A DNA stretch of 64,000 nt from Lineus longissimus (taxonomy: Eukaryota). The stretch is taken from assembly GCF_910592395.1 (NCBI RefSeq), contig NC_088312.1:2869858-2933857 (forward strand), read 5' to 3'. Below the pieces are notes generated by a model, which worked only from the letters and a program-made list of their open reading frames with translations, was not told the origin of the DNA and ran no database searches. A program made the translations under genes and the position numbers. The first letter of the stretch is position 1. Each line of letters begins with the position of its first letter. This document shows, in pieces, positions 49,843-60,756 of the stretch.

Positions 49843-49971
49843 CTCAATATCTCTTTCATCTTTGAATACTTCTTGCCATGCTGTGGTCATCCGATCTTTA
49901 ATATCACAGAATTTGTAGACAACTGGCTCAATGATCTCAACATAATCAGGATCAGGGTCTGACAGCGACAT
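49843..49971 (-). CDS. Macro-domain protein, coding exon 1 (MSLSDPDPDYVEIIEPVVYKFCDIKDRMTTAWQEVFKDERDIE)
   Basis: ATG at 49971 (minus strand) and GAG|gtaggt donor. Head-to-head with ALKBH3. Confidence 0.55.
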
Positions 49972-50273
49972 GGTTGGAGACTCTGGGGATGTGTTGAAGT
50001 TGAAGAGAAGTTGAACTGGCTGACAAATAATTAATAGTGGGGTATTTATTGGACATACTAAACTGTCATTGGAAGTGACAGAGATCTAAAAATACTAAAT
50101 AAGGAAATACAGTGTTGCAAATCTGGGAATCCCCACGAGAGGCCCGGCTGGTGTGGAAATATCTACAAGTTTACAAAAGCGACAATAACGCCAAACAATT
50201 CAACAAAAAACTTTCATTTTGGTCTTATTGTTTTGGTGTTTTCTCCTCTAATATTGAAAGTTCTGCCAATTTG
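49972..50273. promoter_or_regulatory. Bidirectional intergenic promoter region shared by the macro-domain gene (-) and ALKBH3 (+). Contains an inverted repeat ctgtcattggaagtgacag with an inverted CCAAT box.
   Basis: Only 302 bp separate the two divergent start codons. No TATA box is evident. Confidence 0.4.
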
Positions 50274-50453
50274 ATGGCGGATGATAGAAGAAGAAAGGCC
50301 CGTGTACAAGGCGGATGGGCTGGACCCTCCAAACCTGCGCCTCGATCGGACAGAAACAAGCCTAAATTGCCACCAACTCCTGCCTGGGTTGCATCAAATT
50401 CTGTTGACCAACCAGCACTTCAAAAGAAGTTTGTGTATCAACAACCAGCAGAG
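50274..50453 (+). CDS. ALKBH3: ALKBH3 (alkylated DNA/RNA repair dioxygenase AlkB homolog 3) exon 1, MADDRRRKARVQGGWAGPSKPAPRSDRNKPKLPPTPAWVASNSVDQPALQKKFVYQQPAE
   Basis: ATG at 50274 and GAG|gtgagg donor. The N-terminus matches the remembered human ALKBH3 sequence MEEKRRRARVQGAWAAP. Confidence 0.75.
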
Positions 50454-50620
50454 GTGAGGGTCCCATGGCGAGATTTACTGCTATTTAGATAATAGTAGGC
50501 CTAAGCTGTGTGCTGACTGGCTCTAAACGACGTCTAAACGTTCTAATTCTCTGTTTTCCATTTCGGTATGTAAAGAATTTTGTCTAAACTAAATTACTTT
50601 CTGTGTCCTTTCACTTTCAG

Positions 50621-50655
50621 GGAATAAAAGCAAAGTTACCGGAACTATGCATAAC
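50621..50655 (+). CDS. ALKBH3: ALKBH3 exon 2 (35 nt, GIKAKLPELCIT..)
   Basis: tcactttcag|GGA acceptor and AAC|gtaagt donor. It keeps the reading frame into exon 3. Confidence 0.55.
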
Positions 50656-50961
50656 GTAAGTGTCGAGGTGATTAAGCCAAGCCTAAGTCTGCATGATGTC
50701 TACAGTGATTGGTTCTTCTGTATTGGTTTGATGAATACAGTTTGAGTGTTTCACATGCATGTATCGGTATGGCCCTTGTAGATTTTCAGCTTGCAAGTCT
50801 AATCAATTCTTGATTTGATTTTAAATTATTGGGTCATTACTTTGGAGAGTAATGGCGATAACATCCTATTGGTAAATCCTCAAGCAGTGTTTTGGAGATC
50901 CGCAACTTTGTAGTGCCATGATGATGCGCTCTCTGCAATATCATATTTTCTTTTTCTTCAG

Positions 50962-51009
50962 GAAACCTGGTGTATATGACATTAGTGATGGTTCTGAAGG
51001 TGTTTCAAG
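50962..51009 (+). CDS. ALKBH3: ALKBH3 exon 3 (..KPGVYDISDGSEGVSR)
   Basis: tttttcttcag|GAA acceptor and AAG|gtgaga donor. Matches human GVYEISLSPTGVSR. Confidence 0.7.
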
Positions 51010-51342
51010 GTGAGAAAACCATGAAGTATTCATACTACTCAAAACTACAGAGCCTGTATAAAATCTCATAAAACTCTGCGCCTTTAAAGGAGCTGATTTG
51101 TAGTGAGCGTTGAGATGGTTGAATAGTAAGACTGTTGTCAATGTCGCTTTCACTGAATCCAGTCATGTGTATAGTGTCATCTGTGGAATGATATTGTTCA
51201 CTTGTGCTCCAGTCAGGATGAATAACTGGATGTCGATTGTCAAGTTTTAGAGTATTTTTTTGTTGTTGAATACCAGACTCTCATCTCCTGCGTACAATTT
51301 GACAACCCACTTTTATAATTTTTTCCCATCTCTCTTCTCCAG

Positions 51343-51529
51343 ATTACGTTTTTTCCCGGAATTCATCAAAGAGTCAGAAGCTAGTGAAATATTTCATGAA
51401 CTTCATGGGGAGTTACCATGGAAACAGCAGACAAACAAAAAATATGACAGTGTCGAACCTCGGCTCACAGTCTGGTATGGAGACCTGGCATACAATTACT
51501 CCGGGGTGCTCCAAGTGCCCAACCCAGAG
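51343..51529 (+). CDS. ALKBH3: ALKBH3 exon 4 (LRFFPEFIKESEASEIFHELHGELPWKQQTNKKYDSVEPRLTVWYGDLAYNYSGVLQVPNPE)
   Basis: tctcttctccag|A acceptor and GAG|gtgaga donor. Conserved PWKQ..PRLT.WYG motif of ALKBH2/3. Confidence 0.8.
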
Positions 51530-51847
51530 GTGAGAAAATAGGACTCCTGGTAGAATGAAGAACCTGCACCCCCACTTGGAAACTTGAAGGGTACCTGTGC
51601 TGTTACCAAGAGTCGAAATTGTCCCCCTAAAGAAGGGAATGCCATCATAATCATCACCCCCTATTTTTAGCACTGTCGGGTAACATAAGGCTTTCTTTAT
51701 GGGTTTAACGCTGAAATATCATATCCAGGTAGAATGGCCTGTAAAGACCACTTATTCAGTGTCACTGTCAGAGCAAAAAAAGGTCAGGTAACTTGATATT
51801 TCACAACATGCATGCGACTACTAACATTTGATTCTCCTTTATTCCAG

Positions 51848-52057
51848 TGGTATCCCCTCCTCAAAAATCTCAAAGATCGTTTAGAAGAAGTGACCGGGTG
51901 TCAGTTCAATTCAATGTTAGGAAACCTATATCGTGATGGAAAGGACAGTATAGCGTGGCATGCTGACGATGAGCCTATTTTAGGGACCCATCCAATAATT
52001 GCTTCCTTATCGTTTGGTGATTCACGACTCTTTCAACTCAGGAAAAATGTCCCCGAG
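51848..52057 (+). CDS. ALKBH3: ALKBH3 exon 5 (WYPLLKNLKDRLEEVTGCQFNSMLGNLYRDGKDSIAWHADDEPILGTHPIIASLSFGDSRLFQLRKNVPE). Includes the 2OG-Fe(II) oxygenase HxD motif.
   Basis: tttattccag|TGG acceptor and GAG|gtaagg donor. FNS.L.NLYR.GKDSI.WH.DDEP.LG..P.IASLSFG is near-identical to the remembered human ALKBH3. Confidence 0.85.
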
Positions 52058-52223
52058 GTAAGGTTGAAATGGTGATCATTTGAGGCAAACAGATTTCTGG
52101 CTTTGGCTAGGAGTAAATGGAAAGCACTTTGAGAATGTTCTCCGACTTAAACCTCATTTCATCATTTGCAATTTCGTCTAACTTGGTTGCAAAAATTCTT
52201 ATATCTGTGTCCTTTTCTTCCAG

Positions 52224-52316
52224 GGTGAAAGCTATGACAATAGCCAGTATCTCAAGTTACCACTGACGCATGGTAGTCTGCTCATAATGGAGGGTGCAAC
52301 ACAACTCGACTGGCAG
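52224..52316 (+). CDS. ALKBH3: ALKBH3 exon 6 (GESYDNSQYLKLPLTHGSLLIMEGATQLDWQ)
   Basis: ccttttcttccag|GGT acceptor and CAG|gtaaga donor. HGxLLIMEGATQxDWQ motif. Confidence 0.8.
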
Positions 52317-52552
52317 GTAAGAGTGATAGGTTAAACTTACTTTTTGGCAACACTGAAGATCTGATTACACTTAAGCGGTGCGAGTTAAATTCACGCTGTG
52401 GGGAAAATTCGGTTTGCATAAATTGTAAAGCTAGCAGGAACAGCCGTGGTTTTTAATTTCACTGCTGCCTTAGGATTGCTGTGGTGACCTGAGATATCTG
52501 AAAGCTGAACTGTGCGAAAGGCGTATGCTAATGTTCTCCTCTTGATTTGCAG

Positions 52553-52627
52553 CACAAAGTACCAAAGGAATATCACGACAAAGGCCCAAGGATAAACCTT
52601 ACGTTCAGAGTTATTATTCCTGAATGA
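52553..52627 (+). CDS. ALKBH3: ALKBH3 terminal exon (HKVPKEYHDKGPRINLTFRVIIPE*)
   Basis: cttgatttgcag|CAC acceptor, then TGA at 52625..52627. The HRVPKEYHSREPRVNLTFR motif is conserved. Confidence 0.8.
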   Translation, partial: HKVPKEYHDKGPRINLTFRVIIPE

Positions 52628-53289
52628 CATGTGGTCTCAAGACATACAAGGACATTAACAAATCGGACAGCATAACCTCTGAAGTTAATCAGTAATCTTT
52701 CCCCACCTTGTGCTCTTGACAGCAAAAATGATGTAAAAATCTGTCAACCTTTTTGTTTAGGCTATTGCTTCTGGCCGCATGTGTCACTATGCTGATAAAC
52801 CAAGTTGCAATTGGTGCCCAATACTAGTGTGAATTATTTCAACTATCAATGTGTATGGCATGATTATGTACATAGAAAAATATAACTTATCTGGAAGTGT
52901 GTGTTTGTTGTCTGTTGGCCTGGGAATACCAGAATAAAAGCGGGCAACCACCATGAGGTCAGATTGGACATTCGACGTAGCACAGCACAATGATGATGTT
53001 GGGCGTTTAGGACAATCAATCAGAAAATACGTCAGTCTGATACCAGTCATTCACAAGAATGACATCGGCAGATAAGGGAACACCTCATGTTGACCACCAA
53101 AGACTATGAACCTGTGCGGTTGTCTAAGGACAGCCTTGATAAAGCATTGATTGTCTGGTTGTGCCTTCGTCCCACATCTTACTGACGATGAGGAGAGCTC
53201 CAAGACCAAATAACAGACGCTGTGCTGTCTTAAATAAACTGTCCATAATGGGCCAAGCGGCTGGAAAATTAGGAGACAAAATCTCTAAT

Positions 53290-55000
53290 ACAGTAGATTG
53301 ATCAGAGGACATGCCTGTTTGTGCCTTTGTCCTGTCTGCCATCTCGTCTCTTCCTACCAGACTGGTCTCCTTCATTGATCATCATTAGGGACACAACATC
53401 CCCAATCCTGAGACACACATTTGGTTTCATAAGAGAGTACGTCTGTTTGTGCCTTTGTCCTGTCTGCCATCGCAGACCACTGATCTCATCCCTTCTCGTT
53501 TGGCTGGTCTTCTCCATTGATTATCATCACAGATAAAACATCCACTGATCATCATTACAGACAGAACATCCCTAATCCTGCGTTGCACATGTGGATTTAT
53601 CAGAGGGTATTGTTGTGCCTTTGTCTCACTTGCCCTTGCACACAGTTTGATCTCGTTCCATCCTACTGTGCTGTTCTTTCCCATTGATCATCACTGGACA
53701 CTGAATCCTCCAATCCTCCAATCCTATGATGATCCTGGACTTGAGATACCATCCAAGGCCATGCCTTGTTGTGCCTTTGTCTCACTTTCCCTTGCACAGT
53801 TTGATCTCGTCCCATCCTACTGTGCTGCTCTTTCCCATTGATCATCACTGGACACTCAATCCTCCAATCCTCCAACCCTGGGATGACCCTGGACTTGAGA
53901 TACCATCCAAGGCCATGCCTTGTTGTGCCTTTGTCTCACTTGCCCTTGCATGCGGTTTGATCTCGTCCCATCCTACTGTGCTGTTCTTTCCCATTGATCA
54001 TCACTGGACACTCAATCCTCCAATCCACCAACCCTGGGATGACCCTGGACTTGAGATACCATCCAAGGCCATGCCTTGTTGTGCCTTTGTCTCACTTTCC
54101 CTTGCACAGTTTGATCTCGTCCCATCCTACTCTGCTGCTCTTTCCCATTGATCATCACTGGACACTCAATCCTCCAATCCTCCAACCCTGGGATGACCCC
54201 ATCCAAGGCCATGCCTTGTTGTGCCTTTGTCTCACTTGCCCTTGCACAGTTTGATCTCGTCCCATCCTACTGTGCGGGTCTTTCCCACTGATCATCTTTA
54301 CCATTGACCGGTCACCGAAAGCTTACGCCCCCAAATCTAGTTCATGACGAGTGAAATGCCGTCAAGTACCAGTCTCTTATGTGTGAATGGTGGAGACTGG
54401 TGAAAGAGTCTACCGAATATTGGGGACAAATAGAGACTGCAGTGACCCTGTGGGAGAGGTCGTGTTTACTTTGTCTCACTTGCCCTTGCACACAGTTTGA
54501 TCTCGTCCCATCCTACTGTGCTGTTCTTTCCCATTGATCATCACTGGACATACTCAATCCTCCAATCCTCCAACCCTGGGATGACCCTGGACTTGAGATA
54601 CCTTCCAAGGCCATGCCTTGTTGTGCCTTTGTCTCACTTTCCCTTGCACACAGTTTGATCTCGTCCCATCCTACTGTGCTGTTCTTTCCCATTGATCATC
54701 ACTGGACACTCAATCCTCCAATCCTCCAATCCTGTGATGACCCTGGACTTGAGATACCATCCAAGGCCATGCCTTGTTGTGCCTTTGTCTCACTTGCCCT
54801 TGCACACAGTTTGATCTCGTCCCATCCACTGTACTGTTCATTCCCATTGATCATCACTGGACACTAAATTCCCCAATCCTCGAATGCGCCTGGAGATACC
54901 ATCCAAGGCCATGCCTTGTTGTGCCTTTGTCCCACTTGGTTCTCATGCTTTCTTGCTGGGCTGTTCTTTCCCATTGACCATTATTGAAGATACAGGATGT
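53290..55000. repeat. Satellite array with a ~150-bp monomer (..ccatccaaggccatgccttgttgtgcctttgtctcacttgcccttgcacacagtttgatctcgtcccatcctactgtgctgttctttcccattgatcatcactggacactcaatcctccaatcctccaaccctgggatgaccctggacttgagata..), about 10 copies. Interrupted by ~180 bp of unique sequence at 54290..54470.
   Basis: The atgccttgttgtgcctttgtctcact marker recurs at 53761, 53909, 54071, 54209, 54613, 54769 and 54911. Confidence 0.85.
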
Positions 55001-55079
55001 GCCAGTCAATTCCCCAGTGGCACCAGTATTAAACGAAGGTTCAACTACCGGTATGTTTGCCTTCTGATGAATCCATAAA

Positions 55080-55760
55080 GTAAAGGATAAGATCCAAAGG
55101 GCATGCAAGGGCAAGTGGGTCAAAGGTACAACCAGGTATAACCTCTATCAATCCATTGCCACTTCCAAGGTTTGGGGATTATGCCTTCAACAATGCTCAG
55201 TGGGACAGCAGAGTCCAGCGGGAGTGACGAGAACACAAATGATGTGCAAGGATAACAAGGACAAAGCACAACTAGGCAGGCTCTTTGATGAATCCACTGG
55301 CGCATCCCAGGATAGGGGATTGTGTCTTCAATCATAATCAATGGGAAGACCAACACAACAGGAAGGGACAAGAAGACAAGTAGGACAAAGGTACAACTAG
55401 GCATATCCTCTGATGAATCCACTGGCGCATCCCAGGGTTGGGGATGGTGTCTACAGTGGTGAGCGATTGAGAGTCAGCAGGAAGTACATGTACATGAGGT
55501 ATAGAAGCGTGCAAAGGGCAAGTAACAGGCATGCCCTCCAATATATCTAAAGGCACATCCAAGGATTGGAGATTTTGTCTCCTCCTCGTTATCCTGCCAT
55601 TTAGCACATACTTTAAGCTGGACTTTTCCATCTTGTTTGCGTAAGTGTTGACGCAACGGGTCAGTTTCTATGGTCTTTTATGAGAGGGCGGCTGTCCTCA
55701 TCGTCAGTAAGATGTGGGACAAAGGCACAACCAGGCACATCCTCTCACAAATCCACATGC
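55080..55760. repeat. Diverged copies of the same satellite in inverted orientation
   Basis: gacaaaggtacaactaggcatatcc..atcccagggttggggatggtg is the reverse-complement counterpart of gacaaaggcacaacaaggcatggcc..atcccagggttggaggattg. Confidence 0.6.
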
Positions 55761-56126
55761 TAAAGTGTGGCTAATGGCTGAATCACAGCTATTTCTATAG
55801 GGATGGAAGGCTGTCTTCAAGATGGGTTTAGTATTGGTCTATTGCTAAACAAATTCAAGGCAAATTCCGGATTGTACTCGGCCAGTCCACTTTGTAAAGG
55901 CCAGATCTTGGGGAAATAGTCTTGAACAAAAGAGGACACAATATATCAACAGAAAGCTATAGCTTTATTTTACTCCAATCAATCAATATGTATGGTACAG
56001 TGTGTTTGGCCAATATACATGTTGCAACTTCATTTAGGATAACAAACTGAAGACAAAGTGGAAATAGCAGGACCAAGAGCTTACATGTATTACTTTCTAA
56101 AGTAAGCTAGTAATTGATCTATAAAC

Positions 56127-56246
<120 letters not shown>

Positions 56247-56943
56247 TCATTTGTCTGCGAGGGGAATGGCACAAAAAACCTTTAACCAGGCTGAAAATCT
56301 GTCCAAGAATGACCAATGCTTACATGCAATGAAAAAAACACCAAGGGGATGAAAAATGTTGGTCGTACCCCAGCACCAGGGAGCGTCTGTGCTAAGTTGA
56401 TGACACACCCTCTTTTTCAAGGCCTCAAACTTTATACTATTGTCATTTTGATAGTGCACCTGACAGTTTTGTGTCTAATTGTATACATGATGCTCACAGT
56501 TGTGCAAATGACCAAGGCCTCTCCAATACGATATCATAATCGTAATTCACAACTTCTGTTTACACATACATCTAATCAAATTCTGATGCATTACACTTGT
56601 GTCTCATTATCCCTCAGGCATACGCTGTAAATGTTAAAATATTGACTATTTGAGCATTAGTCCAGGTGTTTCATGTCAATTTGAAAGAGAAGCTATATGG
56701 CTACACTATTTCATTGTGTTATGATGGCAGGCCTATACCAGCAAGCAACACCATATGCAAATGCAGTTGTTGTTATGATTTGGAACAACAGCATCATTCA
56801 GAATTTCAAAATACTGGTATACTTTCAATTTCACATCGATCAAACTTTTTCACAGAAGTACAGAGCCTTAATATCAAATTTCCCATTGTTTGGAGTTGTT
56901 TTACACAACAGATGTGTAAAAATGTTATGGATCCTGATTTTTT

Positions 56944-57084
<141 letters not shown>

Positions 57085-57240
57085 CTACAAGCAAGTCAAC
57101 CAATCTTGCCAAGACACCAAAAATGGATAACAAGTTTTTAAACAGTACCTCAAACGCCTATTCCATAAAAGCAAAAGAAATCAACATCCCCTTTCCTAAA
57201 AATCACACAAAGCAAGACAAACGCATCCACCGATTCTTAC

Positions 57241-57313
57241 CTATTCTGAAGCCGTTCTTTGCCCCTTTTTCAGCAGCTAGCTTTTTGGCAATGTATAAGA
57301 GATGTCCCAATAC
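57241..57313 (-). CDS. HINT1: HINT exon 3 (VLGHLLYIAKKLAAEKGAKNGFRI + 1 nt)
   Basis: ttttcag|GTA acceptor and G|gtaaga donor. Matches HINT1 [26 protein letters not shown]. Confidence 0.7.
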
Positions 57314-57431
57314 CTGAAAACAGAAGACTCATTGCATCAGTACTTGCATCATGATAAGGTAAGGTGGTACAATTATTGCCCCATTACAATTACAGCCTTT
57401 GAGCACATTGGTAGCCTTAAACTGGCAATTA

Positions 57432-57656
<225 letters not shown>

Positions 57657-58161
57657 CTACAAGCCAAAAAAAGCATAGAAAATTCTAACACCCAGATAAG
57701 AGGCAAACCACAAAACTGTAGAATGAAGAGAAGCAATCATAAAGCCTATTCCTCGTTAAAGGAACAAGCTTTGTTTGGAGAAAAACCAATGTCCCAAGAA
57801 TTTCACAACAATATCAGCATCAGGCTGAACTATTATCAGTATACAGATCTGTTATTGCCAACATTTGAGGGAGTAGTTTTCAGACTTTCAGACTATACCA
57901 GTTTCAGGTGTAGTTTCATCTAAGATCATACTGTCTTGGGCCTACTAGCTGGAATTGAACTTCCAAGATACTGGGATTGCTATTACTATTAGAAGAGAAT
58001 GATTATTCTGGGACCCAATTAATGATAAATCTTCTTGCCTCAATGCTGTGAAATTCTTGGGGACATTTTCTCCCAAAAGACATCACCTAGACAAAAATAT
58101 AGGAAGAGAGCCTCCTAGTGTCACGAGCCACACCATGAACTGATCAAACATTTCTTCTTAC

Positions 58162-58266
58162 TGGTTCATCTTCGGGTGTGGCCTCAACAAGACTTGGGAT
58201 TGGTTTCTTTGGTACGACCAAGAAAGCTATAGGAGCAACAGGGTGCAAACCATAGAAGGCTATCAC
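58162..58266 (-). CDS. HINT1: HINT exon 2a (VIAFYGLHPVAPIAFLVVPKKPIPSLVEATPEDEP). Divergent paralogous copy of exon 2, 105 nt, phase 0/0.
   Basis: tttcag|GTG acceptor and CCA|gtaaga donor. Same length and phase as exon 2b, with ~40% amino-acid identity to it and to HINT1 [21 protein letters not shown]. Confidence 0.55.
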
Positions 58267-58480
58267 CTGAAAATGTTATTGATACAATGAAGGAATTGCG
58301 CTGAAAAGACCTGAAATTAAGTGCTTTGTAGCTACTCCTTACATTTACTGGAAGACTCGAAGATAATGAAGGATTTGTTTATGAAAATGTGTTTTAAGAT
58401 ATTCAACTTTACTTTCTTATGTTATCAAAAATGACAACACGACGCAAGTAAATTCTGAAACCAAATGATAATTTTCTCAC

Positions 58481-58642
58481 TTTGTCATCCTCATAGATGA
58501 TATTCGCTGGGATCTCTCGGTTGATGATCTTTGTGAAGACGGTCTCAGCTGGCTTTCCCTCCTTCTGATACTTTTCTTGTGCTTCTTTTGCGGCCTTGAC
58601 CTCATCATGGTCACCCTTATTGTGGGACCCTTCACTCATCAT
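58481..58642 (-). CDS. HINT1: HINT (histidine triad nucleotide-binding protein) exon 1, MMSEGSHNKGDHDEVKAAKEAQEKYQKEGKPAETVFTKIINREIPANIIYEDDK
   Basis: ATG at 58642 (minus strand) and AAA|gtgaga donor. TVFTKIINREIPANIIYEDD corresponds to the HINT1 [20 protein letters not shown]. Confidence 0.75.
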
Positions 58643-60659
58643 GCACTGCTGACAATGTGGAAGAAAATATCCAATTAGTCAATTTAAAAACAGATAAAAG
58701 TTACCCCCCACAAGCATGCACATACCAGACTATGCTTAGTGCTATGTCTGAACCAGATACAAAATCTGAAAATTTTGTCCAACTACTGCCGCAGCCGATG
58801 CAGTCCTCAAAGTAGTATAGATGAGTTTTATACAGAATTTTGTAAGTTCTAAAAGCAATCAGCATTATGAAAGAAAACAAATCCAGGAGGGGAGGAGGGT
58901 ACCTTTTCCAACATCTCATTATACATGCTATAAGAAGGTCCAGTTCCCGAACAGCAATTTCAGTTTAAAGATATCTCGAAATAGTTTGCTCTTCGTCCCG
59001 AATCACATCCCGCCAATATATAAGGCCGTTTTCATTTCGACAACAACTATATTGACTCATGAATTTTTAGGGACATTAGGCCACAAAAAGCTTTTTTCAT
59101 ACCAGTACTCTACACCCTCCTCAAAATTAGAATGTGAGGGCTTATTTCCATGCGATAGAATAAAAACAAGAAAAGAAACCCGAACGCCAAGTAAAGAGAA
59201 TCCAGCTGAAGAGAAAGCACTCCGCATGTCATCTTGAACACCAAAGTTTTTCGCCATGGAAATTCAAAATGTTCTCTTTAGAATGACCAGATACAAAACC
59301 TTGGTTAGTCAGGATGACGGCATCAAAACCATTCTGCTGGCACTCGAAGAATAATACTTACATTTATACAACCGACCAAAGATAGAATAAACAAAATTAT
59401 CAAGCATAGCTGAAAAGTAAGATTGAGTTTTTACTGGTACTTTACGAAGAGGCACTGTAGGCCAACACAAACAGTTGGCAGCTACATCTCATCAGATACC
59501 TTAAAAAACTTTTTTGGTAATTTTGACCCCCCAAATTGGACCCACATATCATTCTGTTATAAAGTGCTATCAAAGCCAAAAGATGTTTATTTTATTATCT
59601 AATCTAGTGGATAGTGTACTGTTAGTGTTAGTGAGAACCCTGCGACGTGCTGTTATATCAAGCACAAGCTAACCCGAACTTGTTTCATGGTGCGACTAAT
59701 TTGTTTCTGACCAGTACTGTAGCGATATACACTGTTGCGCATTTGGCGGGAAAAATTGCCTGCACACGAGGATCATAAGTAGTAGGTACACTATAAAACC
59801 TCGCACCAAGGATGCTAAAAACTAATTACCTGAGCTGTGAACAACGGAAATGCTTTTATTTTGCTTCTGCCAGTGACCCAAAGTTGTGAAGATCTTTGAA
59901 AAACTCTAACATATACTGACATTATTCATACAATCCAGTTATTTCATAGTTTTTGTGAGCGAAATGCCGGGACGAAATGTAGCCCAGTGCAAAATGCTAA
60001 TGTCGAAACATGGAGCTAGATGCAGGGCGGTATGGGGCGTCTACAAAGAAAGACCATAGATCAAAGACCGGCAGCAGTTACCCTTTCGGGATGAGGTCGT
60101 CCCAAAACGACTATCGGGAATCTGAATAGAGGGGAAAAGGGTAGGGGAACATGGAGCAGAGCAGGCTTTGGGACTCAGGAATGGGATTTGTCATATGCTA
60201 GGCCTACTAACGCAAATGATCGAGATCGCCGAAATCACTTTATATTTACAGTACTCTCGGTGTTGATTTAATTGTTGGTTTATCAAGTTACACAGTCACA
60301 AAACAAAATCATAACTACGAAACGCCCTGCCACAAATGACCAAGAACATTGACCAGCAATAATATCAAGAATTAATTGCAACTACAGAATGCAATACTTG
60401 ACTACTGTGTTTGGTATGCCAAAAGTATAAGACACGTTGTTGACGGTCTTGAGTCATAGGTCTTTGTTTTGACGCGAGCCCAACGTTGATAGGCATAAAT
60501 TATGATAATTAACACTTGTACTGCTCGACAAATAGCTTTGATAAATCTGCGCAGTAAGATGCGCATACTGTCGAAAATTTAACAAAACAGGCAAAATGGC
60601 TGTCATTTGTGGATATTGTTGAAATGTAGGAGGAAAAATTACTTATTACTGGTGCAAAA

Positions 60660-60756
60660 ATGAATTCCCCGAGCTCTGCAGCTACCAGATTCGCAGATTA
60701 CTTTGTAATCTGTGGGTTGGATGTGGAATCGGGCCTCGAACCGGATCAGCTTGCTG
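60660..60756 (+). CDS. DENND5: DENND5 (Rab6-interacting protein 1)-like first coding exon, [33 protein letters not shown]. The rest of the gene lies beyond the window.
   Basis: ATG-initiated ORF ending at G|gtaagt. The [18 protein letters not shown] motif is the conserved uDENN N-terminus of DENND5, recalled from memory. Confidence 0.45.

Noticed and set aside
53726-54254. 141-aa and 86-aa plus-strand ORFs with repeating PTVLLFPIDHHWTLNPPILQPWDDPGLEIPSKAMPCCAFVSL
   Set aside because: Translation of the 150-bp satellite monomers. The periodicity equals the monomer length.
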